A stretch of DNA of 64,000 nucleotides, taken from positions 6,297 through 70,296 of the forward strand of contig CASQMQ010000025.1 in assembly GCA_949430125.1 (NCBI GenBank), written 5' to 3'. A program made the position numbers and the translations under genes. Shown in pieces: positions 46,947-57,376 of this stretch; the first letter of the stretch is position 1; each line of letters starts with the position of its first letter. The DNA comes from an uncultured Pseudomonadales bacterium (lineage in GTDB: Bacteria > Pseudomonadota > Gammaproteobacteria > Pseudomonadales > Pseudohongiellaceae). A model generated the notes under the pieces. That model had not been told where the DNA came from. It searched no databases and saw only the letters and a list, made by a program, of their open reading frames with translations.

Positions 46947-47534
46947 ATGAATCAAAAAACCCAACCCCACGTCTGCGTGATGAGCAGATTCTTGCTTACC
47001 CTGATGTTGCTTGGGAGTTTCCAGGTTTCGATGGCACAGGATTTCGTCTGGGCTCCAGACTTTCCAGTAGGCGCATCGGTTCCGGAGATCTCAGCACAAG
47101 ATCAGGATGGCAATGTTCAATCATTTGACGGCTTAAAAGGCGAAAAGGGCATGCTCTTAATGATGAGCCGCTCCTTCGACTGGTGACCATACTGTAAAGC
47201 TCAGCTCGTGCAGCTGACCGAAATCAGTGATCAGATAGAAGCAATGGGCATCAATGTTGTTGCCCTAACCTTTGATTCAGTGGAAACATTGAAGACCGTG
47301 CAGGAAGATCAGGACATTCAGTTCCCTCTTCTTCACGATGAAGAAGTCACCCATGTGAATGCCTTCGGTATTCGCAATTTAGACTACGAACCAGGGCATC
47401 GGATACACGGCATACCGTATCCAGGCATATTCCTGATCGATCCAAACGGAGTCATTAAGGCCAAGTTTGCAGAAGAGAGATATCAAGATCGACCTCCCTT
47501 CGATGACATACTTGAGGCCGTCTCCGGACTTTAA
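46947..47534 (+). CDS. Secreted thioredoxin-fold redoxin (AhpC/TSA-like) with an in-frame TGA at the first Cys of CxxC; candidate selenoprotein
   Basis: ORFs 46947..47186 and 47208..47534 are in the same frame. The joined protein reads signal peptide ...LLMMSRSFDW-TGA-PYCKAQLVQL...FPLLHDEE...GIFLIDPNGVI. TGA (47184-47186) occupies the WCPYC cysteine position. There are no other lesions, and a terminator follows. Confidence 0.6.
47190..47229 (+). promoter_or_regulatory. SECIS-like stem-loop downstream of the TGA
   Basis: The upper stem is tcagct (47201-47206) pairing with agctga (47212-47217), with loop cgtgc starting 20 nt after the TGA. The lower stem is tactg (47190-47194) pairing with cagtg (47225-47229), with one G-U pair and internal loops. 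Confidence 0.35.
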
Positions 47535-47544
47535 GCGCCGTAAA

Positions 47545-47580
47545 ACTAACGGGGAGACGAAAGGCTTCCCGCTAGTTTTT
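47545..47580 (+). terminator. Intrinsic terminator after the redoxin gene
   Basis: The stem is actaacgggga (47545-47555) pairing with ttcccgctagt (47566-47576), with one mismatch and one G-U pair. It has a 10-nt loop and is followed by a T run to 47580. Confidence 0.6.
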
Positions 47581-47861
47581 GTCAACACTATAAGATATGG
47601 TGAATGAGGACTCTCATCCAAAACCTGCCCCAGTGAACAGCTCAATCCGGTCATACCTGAGTATGCAAGGGACGCGGACCTATTCGTTAGAGTAGCTCAC
47701 CGCACTTCGAATAGTATTGTAATTCCTTGTCCTGCTACCCTTTTCCCTTTGTCCGCATCAAATGTAATAATCTAGCCCAGCTGCAAGCGCATGCATCCCA
47801 AGCTATCAAGGTGTACTCAGCATAATTCAGCCAGTAGTTTCAAAAATAGCCGAATGTAGAA

Positions 47862-50112
47862 ATGGAACTTTTCCCCCACCCTAGCTTTAAGCTCAGCACG
47901 AGTCTTGTTCTCCTCGCGCTCGTTATCACGGGATTCCCCTCGTTCGAACTTCATGCGCAGTCCCTGAGTAATTACAACATACCCAGAGTGAATACTCAAG
48001 CCGCGAATTGATGGCCAGATAGATCAGGGAGAGTGGAGTCAGGCCACGCGCATTCCCGTCAATATAGAAACCAATCCGAATGACAATGTCCCCGCCGAGG
48101 TGGAGGCGCAGGCCCTGCTCATGGAAGATGGCGAGGTGCTGTACGTCGCCTTCATCGCTCTAGATCCGGACCCCGATCAAATCCGCGCGTTCTATAGAGA
48201 CAGAGACTCCATGTGGAACGATGACTGGGTGTCGATCGTTCTGGACACCTTCAACGACGAAAGACGCGCGTTCGAATTCTTTGCCAATCCCTATGGTGTG
48301 CAGGCGGATGCCATTCAAGACGATGTGAACGGCGATGAAGACGAATCTTGGAATGCCATATGGGACAGCGCTGGACAGATTAACGAAGATGGCTATGTCG
48401 TAGAGATGGCTATTCCGATGAAGCAGTTACGTTTTACGCCTAGCGAGAACAACCAGACTTGGGGCATCGATCTAGTCAGATTCTATCCGCGTGATCGAGG
48501 TACGCGAATCGCCAACAATCCACGAGATAGAAACATATCTTGTTATATCTGCCAGATTAGCAAGGCAGACGGCTTTGCCAATCTAACTCGAAGTAGAAAT
48601 CTCGAGATTATTCCGACTGTAACCTCCACTGCGGTAGAGAACAGAAACCCAGCCATGGGCGGTTGGGATAGCGAGAGTATCGATGCAGAAGGCAGCCTCG
48701 ATGTGCGCTGGGGAATTTCTCAAGACTTGTATCTCAACGCGACACTGAATCCCGACTTCTCTCAAGTCGAGGCCGATAGTGCACAGTTAGATATCAACAA
48801 CACTTTTAGTCTGTTCTTCCCGGAGCGACGAACTTTCTTCTTAGACGGCGCAGACTACTTCGATACCTTTGAGCGACTCGTGCATACGAGAAACATTTCC
48901 GATCCGGACTATGGCCTAAAACTCACGGGCAAGAGTGGAGATCACACCTATGCTCTGCTCACTGCCAACGATGTAAACACGAGTTTCTTGATACCCCGTA
49001 GCCTAGGCTCCAGCGTTGCCTCACTCGGTGAGGTTGAATCCAAAGTTGCGATTGGCCGCTATCGCTTCGATATTTTCGAGAATTCCACTATCGGCGCCTT
49101 AATTACCGATCGCCGGGCTGACGGCTACAACAATACCGTCAGCAGTGTCGATGCAGTGCTCAGGCCTACTGACCAAGATTCGATCTCTATTCAGTCCATG
49201 CACTCCAGCTCTGACTATCCAGCCCTCATACAGAGCCAATACGGGCAGGCAGGCAGCCTTAGCGATACTAGCCAGCGTCTGGAGTATCGCCACAATGACC
49301 GGCGCTGGGACTGGCGCTTGGGCTATACCGACATGGGGGATGACTTTCGTGCGGATCTCGGCTTCGTGAATCGAGTCGATTTCAAGTTTGTCGTGGCGAC
49401 AGTAGGACACACCTGGCGCGGCGAATCGGACGACTTCTTCAATCTCATCCGGGTCGCGCTAGACTACGACAGAACACAGGACCAGTCAGGCCTGCAGCTC
49501 GAAGAAGAATTTGAAGTATTCCTCAATATGAACGGCCCCAAGCAGTCATTTCTCAGTGGACTATTCGGTGGTAGCGAGACCTACTGGAACGGCAAATATT
49601 TCGATGAACAGTTCAATCAGCTTAGAGTTGGGTTTACTCCCAGAGCGAACTTGCGCCTGAGTGCCCTTATACGAGTTGAGGATATTGTCGACTTTGCCAA
49701 TACTCGCCTCGGCAGATCGAAGCGCTTTGGGCCTAGCGTCAATTATCGCTGGGGCAAGCATCTAGAGTTGGATCTAGATCATACTCTGCAGCAATTCGAT
49801 GCAGACGGCGGCAGGCTATTTACCGCGAATCTGACTGACTTAAAGACGACGTACCAATTTAGTGCGCGCAGCTTTCTTCGCTTCACGCTCCAATATACGG
49901 ACAACAAACGTAATCAGGACCTCTACGTCAGGTCAGTGCAGGCACGCACTAAGCAACTCACCACACAGCTTCTCTACAGCTATAGATTCAGCGCCGCCAC
50001 CCGTTTCTTTATCGGCTACTCCGATGCCGGCTTTCAGAACGACACTTACGACGCCATCGAGAAAACCAACCGCACAGTATTCGCTAAGTTTAGTTATGCC
50101 TGGCTCCCCTAG
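47862..50112 (+). pseudogene. DUF5916/CBM9-like outer-membrane protein with a frameshift at about 48006-48011
   Basis: The ATG at 47862 gives the signal peptide MELFPHPSFKLSTSLVLLALVITGFPSFELHAQ...RVNTQAAN, ending at TGA 48009-48011. The +1 frame continues from 48007 with IDGQIDQGEWSQATRIP...LYVAFIALDP (CBM9-like). It then runs into the 670-aa ORF 48100..50112, which ends in a beta-barrel-like ...FAKFSYAWLP. Confidence 0.7.
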
Positions 50113-50250
50113 GAATATTTTTCAGCAAGAATCCTCGTCCATTAGTTGCCCCAAGATAGAGCCCTAAAACACCTCAGGTTCTCCTATTAAAAGACTCGAG
50201 CTGTGGTTAAAATGACGCTTTCTTTCCCCGCGACTCGGACGTTTTATTAA

Positions 50251-51339
50251 ATGAGCCAACAAACTTCGCTATATCAGAAGCATCTCGATTCCGGCGCCAA
50301 AATGGTCGATTTCGCCGGATGGGATATGCCCATTAATTATGGCTCCCAGATAGAAGAACATAATCTGGTACGAAACCAGGCGGGCATCTTCGACGTATCA
50401 CATATGACGGTAGTCGATGTGTCTGGCGATGGGGCTGAAGCATTCCTGCGCTATCTCTTAGCAAACGATATCGCCAAGTTAGATGAAGTTGGGCGGGCTC
50501 TATACAGCGGCATGTTGAATGAGACCGGTGGCGTTGTTGACGACCTGATTGTCTACCGCATGAGCTTTGGCTATCGCGTCGTGGTGAACTGCGCTACCCG
50601 CGACAAGGACTTGGCCTGGATACGCACCCACGCAGCAGACTTCGACGTCAGTATTGAAGAGCAGCCACAGCTCTCTATCCTAGCCGTTCATGGGCCTGAG
50701 GCAATTGACAAAGTCAGCTCGATACTGACTAGTGACCGCGCCGCAAGAAGCAAAGAGTTAAAGAATTTTCGTGGCTTCGAATCGGGCTCTTGGTTCATAG
50801 CTCGCACCGGCTACACGGGAGAAAAAGGTCTCGAGCTAATCCTACCCAGTGAAGAGGCCCCAGAAACTTGGGATAAGCTATTAGCAGTTGGCGTCAAGCC
50901 CGTAGGCTTGGGCGCAAGAGATACACTGCGCTTGGAAGCAGGAATGAATCTCTATGGCCATGACATGGATGAAACGACTTCACCCATCGCCGCCAATATG
51001 AAACAAACAATAGCCTGGCAACCCGAGGACCGCGAGTTCATTGGCCGACAGGCGGTCACGGCTCACTTGGCAGAGAACGAGGCCTGCACAATGCCAATCC
51101 TCACCGGACTAGTTCTAGAACAGCGGGGTGTGCTACGAGAGGGCCAGAAGGTTCTGTGCGAAAATGGAGAAGGCGTAATTACCAGCGGTAGCTTTTCTCC
51201 CACGTTGAAGCATTCAATCGCATTGGCTAGAATCCCTGTGGATAGTGGCGCCTGCCAAGTAGATATTCGCGGCACACTGACCAGCGTACGGATAGTAAAG
51301 CCAAACTTCGTTCGCTTCGGCAAGAAGGTATTCGAGTAG
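50251..51339 (+). CDS. gcvT: Glycine cleavage system aminomethyltransferase T
   Basis: TSLYQKHLDSGAKMVDFAGWDMPINYGSQIEEH...GIFDVSHM...ARTGYTGEKGLE, 362 aa. Confidence 0.95.
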   Translation: MSQQTSLYQKHLDSGAKMVDFAGWDMPINYGSQIEEHNLVRNQAGIFDVSHMTVVDVSGDGAEAFLRYLLANDIAKLDEVGRALYSGMLNETGGVVDDLIVYRMSFGYRVVVNCATRDKDLAWIRTHAADFDVSIEEQPQLSILAVHGPEAIDKVSSILTSDRAARSKELKNFRGFESGSWFIARTGYTGEKGLELILPSEEAPETWDKLLAVGVKPVGLGARDTLRLEAGMNLYGHDMDETTSPIAANMKQTIAWQPEDREFIGRQAVTAHLAENEACTMPILTGLVLEQRGVLREGQKVLCENGEGVITSGSFSPTLKHSIALARIPVDSGACQVDIRGTLTSVRIVKPNFVRFGKKVFE

Positions 51340-51437
51340 AAGATTGAGACTTCACTCATAAATTAGATCTGCTGATTTAGAGCGATTCAGCTACCTAATA
51401 GAGTTAAAATTAGCACCGATTAAAAGAGGAATACCTA

Positions 51438-51827
51438 GTGAGTACATATCCAGACAATCTTAAATACGCCGCCACTCATGAGTGGGTTCGACTCGAAGGT
51501 GATGGCACGGCAACGGTAGGCATCAGCAATCATGCACAGGATGCATTGGGTGATATCGTATTCGTGGAACTGCCAGAAGTAGGAGCTACGATTCATGCGA
51601 AAGATGAAGTGGCGGTCGTAGAATCCGTGAAAGCTGCATCGGACGTTTACAGCCCAATATCTGGTGAAATTATCGCTACCAATGCCACGCTCGCCGATGC
51701 CCCGGAAACCGTCAACGCCGTTCCCTACGACGGCGGTTGGTTCTATAAAATTCAAATTAGTGACGAGCTAGAGCTGGATGAATTAATGGACGCCGACGCA
51801 TATTCGGATCACTGCGAAGAGGGTTAA
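51438..51827 (+). CDS. gcvH: Glycine cleavage system H protein
   Basis: [13 protein letters not shown]...[17 protein letters not shown] (lipoyl-lysine motif), 129 aa. Confidence 0.95.
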   Translation: MSTYPDNLKYAATHEWVRLEGDGTATVGISNHAQDALGDIVFVELPEVGATIHAKDEVAVVESVKAASDVYSPISGEIIATNATLADAPETVNAVPYDGGWFYKIQISDELELDELMDADAYSDHCEEG

Positions 51828-51920
51828 GAAGCTGAGCTATGTAGGCGAATAACCTTCGCCAACTACGGCACATCGATTTACTCTGCGCCTCTTTATACAT
51901 TTCAATATCAAAGATAAATT

Positions 51921-54905
51921 ATGTTTTCTGACAGGACAGTAATGCAAACGCAATCCAATCCGGCCGCTAAGAACGATTCCGCACAAAACGACTCCGCTGT
52001 GTCTCTCGAGACTCTGCAGTACAACGGCGAATTTATCGATCGGCATATTGGCCCAGACAAAATTCAGATAGAGCAAATGCTGAAGGCACTGAATTTAGAA
52101 TCGCTAGATGATCTTATCGCCAATACTGTTCCCGAAACGATTCTCCTGAAAAGCCCCCTGGAATTGGATGACCCGCTGACTGAAAATGCGGCACTAGCAA
52201 AACTAAAAGCAATCGCTGAACAGAACAGTACGGCGAAATCATTTATAGGGCTCGGCTACTACGACACTTTTACTCCAAATGTAATCTTGCGCAACGTATT
52301 GGAAAATCCTGGTTGGTACACGGCATACACACCCTATCAGCCCGAGATTTCACAGGGCCGTTTAGAGTGTCTACTCAATTTCCAACAGATGACTCTCGAT
52401 CTGACCGCAATGGATCTGGCAAACGCTTCGTTGCTTGATGAGGCTACTGCCGCTGCGGAGGCGATGTCTCTCGCGAAACGCGTGAGTAAAAACAGAAAGG
52501 CGAATAAGTTCTTCGTTGATCAGCACTGTTTCCCTCAGACCATCGATGTCATAAAGACTCGAGCAGAATGCTTCGGCTTCGAGCTAGTCATAGGTGATAT
52601 CGCCGACGCCGAGCTGTCCGAACTGTTTGGTGCTATTTTTCAATATCCCGCGGTGACTGGCGAAGTCCGGGATCTCACTGATATCATCAGCCAACTGCAT
52701 GAACACAAAGCTATCGCTGTAGTCGCAGCAGACCTAATGAGCCTGACTCTTTTAAAGCCTCCGGGCGAAATGGGAGCAGATGTCGTTACCGGCACTACAC
52801 AGCGCTTCGGCGTACCCATGGGATACGGCGGCCCGCATGCCGCCTACTTCGCTACTAAAGAAGACTATAAACGTGCCGTGCCCGGTCGCATCATCGGCGT
52901 CTCCGTTGACAAGCGCGAGCGCCAAGCATTTCGTATGGCACTGCAAACTCGCGAGCAGCATATTCGCCGCGAGAAGGCGAACAGTAATATTTGTACTGCA
53001 CAAGTATTGTTAGCAAATATTTCTGCTCTGTATGCCATGTACCATGGGCCCAAAGGGCTCAAGAATATTGCTCAGCGAATTCACCGACTGACTTCTATAA
53101 TGGCAGCAGGATTGCACAACGCCGGCATTGAACTAGTTAATGGAAATTTCTTCGACACTCTTACATTAAAAGTAGCCGCTAATGACTTGAATGCTATTTT
53201 GGATCGCGCGAAGGCGGGCAATATTAACTTACGCATCGATAGAGCCGAGCAAGATAAATCAATCGGCATAAGCCTGGATGAATGTTCCTCCAGAAAAGAT
53301 GTTGAGAATATTTGGCAAGTCATTCTCGGCGATGCCTCACACAAACTTTCGGCAGCCGACATTGATGCGCAGATCGTAAGTGGCGAAAAGGCAGCAGTTA
53401 TCCCAAATAACCTGATTCGTCGCAGCGAATACTTGCAACACCCCAACTTCAATAACTATCACAGTGAAACTGAGATGATGCGTTATTTGAAGAAACTCGA
53501 AGACAAAGATATTTCACTTACCCATTCGATGATCGCATTGGGCTCCTGCACGATGAAACTTAACGCCGCTGCAGAGATGGCTCCAATTAGTTGGCCCGAG
53601 TTTGCAAATCCACATCCGTTCACACCGATAGAACAGATGGCAGGCTACCAACAAATGATCGCCGGCCTCGAAAAAATGCTAGAGGTAATTACCGGTTTCG
53701 ATGCGGTAAGTATGCAACCGAATTCGGGCGCTCAGGGTGAGTATGCTGGTCTGCTAGCCATTAAGAAGTACCTTGTGAGCATCGGTGAGGGTGATCGTAA
53801 TATATGCCTAATACCTAGCTCGGCACACGGCACGAATCCCGCCAGCGCACAGATGATTGGCATGAAGGTTGTACTCGTAGCCTGCGACGATAATGGCAAT
53901 ATCGATGTTGAAGATCTCCGCAGAAAAGCTGAAGCGAATACTGATAATCTCGCTGCACTGATGATTACCTACCCCTCCACTCACGGCGTGTATGAGGAGG
54001 CCGTCAAAGAAATCTGCCAGATCGTTCATGATCATGGCGGGCAGGTATATATGGACGGCGCCAATCTCAATGCGCAGGTTGGAGTAGCGAAGCCCGCTGA
54101 TATTGGAGCTGACGTCTCTCACGTAAACCTGCACAAAACATTCTGTATACCACATGGCGGTGGTGGCCCAGGCATGGGACCTATCGGCGTGAAAAAACAC
54201 CTCGCGCCGCATGTTGCGAACCATTCCCTAATTAAACTAGATGGCCCAGAGACTAATAATAGTGCAGTCTCTGCCGCCCCCTGGGGCAGCTCCGGAATAT
54301 TACCAATTTCCTGGATGTACATAGCCATGATGGGCGCCGAGGGGCTACTGAAGGCGACCCAGGTTGCAATTCTAAGCGCGAACTATGTCGCTGTCAGATT
54401 GGCCGAACACTACCCGGTGCTCTATACCGGCCGCAACGGCATGGTGGCTCATGAGTGTATTATCGATCTACGTCCACTCAAGCTCAGCTCGGGTATCAGC
54501 GAAGAAGATGTCGCTAAGCGACTTATGGATTTCGGTTTCCACGCACCAACTATGTCATTTCCAGTAGCTGGAACGCTGATGATTGAGCCAACCGAAAGTG
54601 AGTCGAAGGCGGAGCTAGATAGATTCATCGACGCACTGATCCTAATTCGCAAAGAAATCGCAGAAGTCGAATCGGGCAATATCGATGCTGAGAACAATCC
54701 GTTAAAGAATGCACCCCACACTCTTGCCGACATGATGGATGAGAATTGGGACAGGCCTTACAATAAAATGCAGGGAGCCTATCCTAGTCAGCCCGAAGGC
54801 GTAGCTGCTTCGAACAAATACTGGCCGAGTGTAAACCGCATTGATAACGTATATGGAGATAGGAATTTGTTCTGTGCCTGCCCAAGCATTGAGAGCTATG
54901 AATAA
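51921..54905 (+). CDS. gcvP: Glycine dehydrogenase (decarboxylating) P protein
   Basis: FIDRHIGP...[14 protein letters not shown]...[19 protein letters not shown] (PLP Lys). 994 aa; an ATG at 51942 is an alternative start. Confidence 0.95.
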   Translation: MFSDRTVMQTQSNPAAKNDSAQNDSAVSLETLQYNGEFIDRHIGPDKIQIEQMLKALNLESLDDLIANTVPETILLKSPLELDDPLTENAALAKLKAIAEQNSTAKSFIGLGYYDTFTPNVILRNVLENPGWYTAYTPYQPEISQGRLECLLNFQQMTLDLTAMDLANASLLDEATAAAEAMSLAKRVSKNRKANKFFVDQHCFPQTIDVIKTRAECFGFELVIGDIADAELSELFGAIFQYPAVTGEVRDLTDIISQLHEHKAIAVVAADLMSLTLLKPPGEMGADVVTGTTQRFGVPMGYGGPHAAYFATKEDYKRAVPGRIIGVSVDKRERQAFRMALQTREQHIRREKANSNICTAQVLLANISALYAMYHGPKGLKNIAQRIHRLTSIMAAGLHNAGIELVNGNFFDTLTLKVAANDLNAILDRAKAGNINLRIDRAEQDKSIGISLDECSSRKDVENIWQVILGDASHKLSAADIDAQIVSGEKAAVIPNNLIRRSEYLQHPNFNNYHSETEMMRYLKKLEDKDISLTHSMIALGSCTMKLNAAAEMAPISWPEFANPHPFTPIEQMAGYQQMIAGLEKMLEVITGFDAVSMQPNSGAQGEYAGLLAIKKYLVSIGEGDRNICLIPSSAHGTNPASAQMIGMKVVLVACDDNGNIDVEDLRRKAEANTDNLAALMITYPSTHGVYEEAVKEICQIVHDHGGQVYMDGANLNAQVGVAKPADIGADVSHVNLHKTFCIPHGGGGPGMGPIGVKKHLAPHVANHSLIKLDGPETNNSAVSAAPWGSSGILPISWMYIAMMGAEGLLKATQVAILSANYVAVRLAEHYPVLYTGRNGMVAHECIIDLRPLKLSSGISEEDVAKRLMDFGFHAPTMSFPVAGTLMIEPTESESKAELDRFIDALILIRKEIAEVESGNIDAENNPLKNAPHTLADMMDENWDRPYNKMQGAYPSQPEGVAASNKYWPSVNRIDNVYGDRNLFCACPSIESYE

Positions 54906-55145
54906 GCAGTACTAATGAGGTGGGGGAACTCGATTAGTCCGAGCTCTTTCCATCGATATCCGAGCTGCGCATTTTCTTGAGTGTTTCCAGTTCATCCTGA
55001 ATTCGTTCTAACTTCTCTCCCTGCTCTTTTTTTTCCAAAAATATTCTCATAATCTAGGTCGATTCCAACAATAGCATTGGCACCTAAAGTTCCCGCTTCA
55101 TCTCCCAGCTCCATAAACATGGTGCCCGAAGCACGACCCGAAGTT

Positions 55146-55460
55146 CTAAGCTCTTGGTGGCAAGCCATGAACCAGTGTAATACTCTTCAACGTCGTACCA
55201 GCACGGCGAAACTCAGAAAGGGCTTGATAATCGTCATCGTTGTACCACTGCTTGGCTAGCTCCTCTGAGGGAAACTTAAAGATAATAACGCGACCTTCGA
55301 GTGGAGAATCCCCTTCGAAGTTCTCAAGGTTATCGTCGAAGGTCACAAACTCACCGCCAAATCTTTTCAATATGGGAAAGAATCCCTTCTCATACTTTCG
55401 GTATTCACTCTCGTCTTCAACTACGAGGTTAGCTATCATAAATACTTCTACTTCAAACAT
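55146..55460 (-). CDS. DUF1330 domain protein
   Basis: 104 aa. IANLVVEDESEYRKYEKGFFPILKRFGGEFVTFDD....EG......VIIFKFPSEELAKQWYNDDDYQ fits the DUF1330 pattern. Confidence 0.75.
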   Translation of the reverse strand: MFEVEVFMIANLVVEDESEYRKYEKGFFPILKRFGGEFVTFDDNLENFEGDSPLEGRVIIFKFPSEELAKQWYNDDDYQALSEFRRAGTTLKSITLVHGLPPRA

Positions 55461-55529
55461 TTTCTCTCCTTAGCTATTCTCAATATCGGTTCGTTTCAAT
55501 TGCCAGTATATTAAGTCTGACCACAAATA

Positions 55530-56018
55530 CTACCCAGCAGTGTTAACTATACCCAACCACATAATCAGAATAGAAAGATTACCAATGGCAAAAATAACTA
55601 GCCTATGCAGCACGTTGTTATAGCTTAGATGAATTATGCTGTGCAGCAATCGCGCTGTGACGAATACCCACGCACTGATTACGGGTATTCGCCCGGTCTG
55701 ATCCAGCGCCAGATACACGGCAAAGCCTGCATAAAACAGTGTCGGAACTTCGAAAAGGTTATTGAAATTACGTGTCGTCTTGGCGACGAAATCTGGAATA
55801 TCGTGACCCTGCATTAAGCTGTAGTAGTTCTGCGGAACTACTCCGCTCTTTACGGACTCAATTCTCGTACGAGTCGTAAGCACCATAATTACCGTAGTTA
55901 GAATGACCAACTTAAACATTGCGTGTAACATCTTATTCTTCTCTTTAGCCGCGACAATGACCCCTATTTGTTCAAAGTCAATCCGCAGTATAATTCCAAT
56001 CATTGCATTAAACAGCAC
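55530..56018 (-). CDS. MAPEG family membrane protein
   Basis: It has 3-4 TM helices, NFNNLFEVPTLFY and ARLLHSIIH motifs like MAPEG proteins. The real start may be the internal ATG at 55931 (MLHAMFKLV). Confidence 0.55.
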   Translation of the reverse strand: MLFNAMIGIILRIDFEQIGVIVAAKEKNKMLHAMFKLVILTTVIMVLTTRTRIESVKSGVVPQNYYSLMQGHDIPDFVAKTTRNFNNLFEVPTLFYAGFAVYLALDQTGRIPVISAWVFVTARLLHSIIHLSYNNVLHRLVIFAIGNLSILIMWLGIVNTAG

Positions 56019-56032
56019 TCAGGGGCACGAAC

Positions 56033-57367
56033 TTGACCACAAATAATTATGCTAATCATATAGCCACGCTTATCCGCAACTATACCGATGCCCTCCAATA
56101 TGTAAGCAACCGGGAAACACAGCCTGCAGCGGTACTAGTCCATAGCGGCGCGGAAGTACACTACTATGGCGATGATCGAGGAGTGGCATTTCAGGCTTAC
56201 GGCCACCTGCTGCACTGGATACCAGTCAATCGCCCCAATCAATTCGTCTATTTCCGTCCCGATGAAAAGCCCATCTATTTCCAGATCGTGCCCAGCGATT
56301 TCTGGTACGAGCAGGATATAGACGTTGAACCTGAGTGGGAGGAGTCGCTCACTATCGTTAGATTGTGCAGCTTGGATGAGCTCTTTGCCCAGCTAAAACA
56401 GCATCATGTAGCGGATATTGCTTACATCGGTGGACATGCCGAAATCGCCGCCTCTCTTGGCATCGATAAGTCATTGATTAACCCAAAAAGACTACTAGCC
56501 TATCTCGATTTCTCGCGAGCAGTGAAAACAGACTATGAGCTCGAGCAGTTGCGTGCCGCCAACCGCCTAGCCCTTCTCGGCCATGCCGCTGCAAAGGCTC
56601 GTTTTTTAGAGGGAGGAAGTGAATATGAGATTCACATGGCCTTTCTGCAAACCACACAGAATCTGGAGGACGAGTGCCCTTACACGAATATCGTTGCGCT
56701 CAACGAAAAGGCTGCGATATTGCACTATCAATTCAAGCGCAAAATAAATGAGAACAAAGGGGAGGTTCTGTTAATCGATGCAGGCTGTAAAGTAAGAGCC
56801 TACGCTTCAGACATTACACGCACTTCGGTAAGCGAAGATGCCCACCCCGAATTTCGATCTCTCGTTACTGCGATGGAAACGCTAGAACTCGCATTGGTCG
56901 ACGAGGTGAAACCTGGGAAAACCTACCAATCATTACATGCATCGACACTGACAAGGATCGCTAGTGTTCTTGTTGATCACAATATCTGTAAAGGCGAACC
57001 GGCAGACCTAATTGAACGGAATATCCCGCAACTGTTTATGCCTCATGGAGTCGGGCATTTGTTAGGAATTCAAGTACACGACGTAGCTGGACATCAATCT
57101 GATATTAATGGAACCATATTATCTCCGCCTGAAAATTCTCCAGCGTTGAGAAATACACGGCTGATGGAAGTCAATATGGTCTTTACGGTAGAGCCGGGCC
57201 TTTACTTCATTCCACTTATTCTAGAGGCAGAGCGAGGCTCAGATCGTGGCAAATTGATAAACTGGAATACCATCGATGAACTCTATCCTTGCGGAGGTAT
57301 TCGCATCGAAGACAATATTCGCGTGACATCCGATGGCGCTGAGAATCTAACGCGCCAATTCGAATAG
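56033..57367 (+). CDS. pepQ: Xaa-Pro dipeptidase (prolidase)
   Basis: HIATL...LVHSG, M24 metal ligands LIDAGC..YASDITRT, HGVGHLLGIQVHD, FTVEPGLYF and GGIRIEDN; 444 aa. Confidence 0.85.
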   Translation: MTTNNYANHIATLIRNYTDALQYVSNRETQPAAVLVHSGAEVHYYGDDRGVAFQAYGHLLHWIPVNRPNQFVYFRPDEKPIYFQIVPSDFWYEQDIDVEPEWEESLTIVRLCSLDELFAQLKQHHVADIAYIGGHAEIAASLGIDKSLINPKRLLAYLDFSRAVKTDYELEQLRAANRLALLGHAAAKARFLEGGSEYEIHMAFLQTTQNLEDECPYTNIVALNEKAAILHYQFKRKINENKGEVLLIDAGCKVRAYASDITRTSVSEDAHPEFRSLVTAMETLELALVDEVKPGKTYQSLHASTLTRIASVLVDHNICKGEPADLIERNIPQLFMPHGVGHLLGIQVHDVAGHQSDINGTILSPPENSPALRNTRLMEVNMVFTVEPGLYFIPLILEAERGSDRGKLINWNTIDELYPCGGIRIEDNIRVTSDGAENLTRQFE

Positions 57368-57376
57368 AAAGATTCA

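Noticed and set aside
47817-47999. A 60-aa minus-strand ORF
   Set aside because: It overlaps the plus-strand signal-peptide segment of the DUF5916-like gene and has no motif. It is an antisense shadow ORF.
50113-50250. Possible glycine riboswitch upstream of gcvT
   Set aside because: I looked for the conserved GGAGAG...CACCGAAGG.GCAA...CTCAGGCAAAAGGAC elements. Only a weak CTCAGG...AAAAGAC fragment is present, with no GGAGA or CCGAAGG core. An Infernal scan would settle it.
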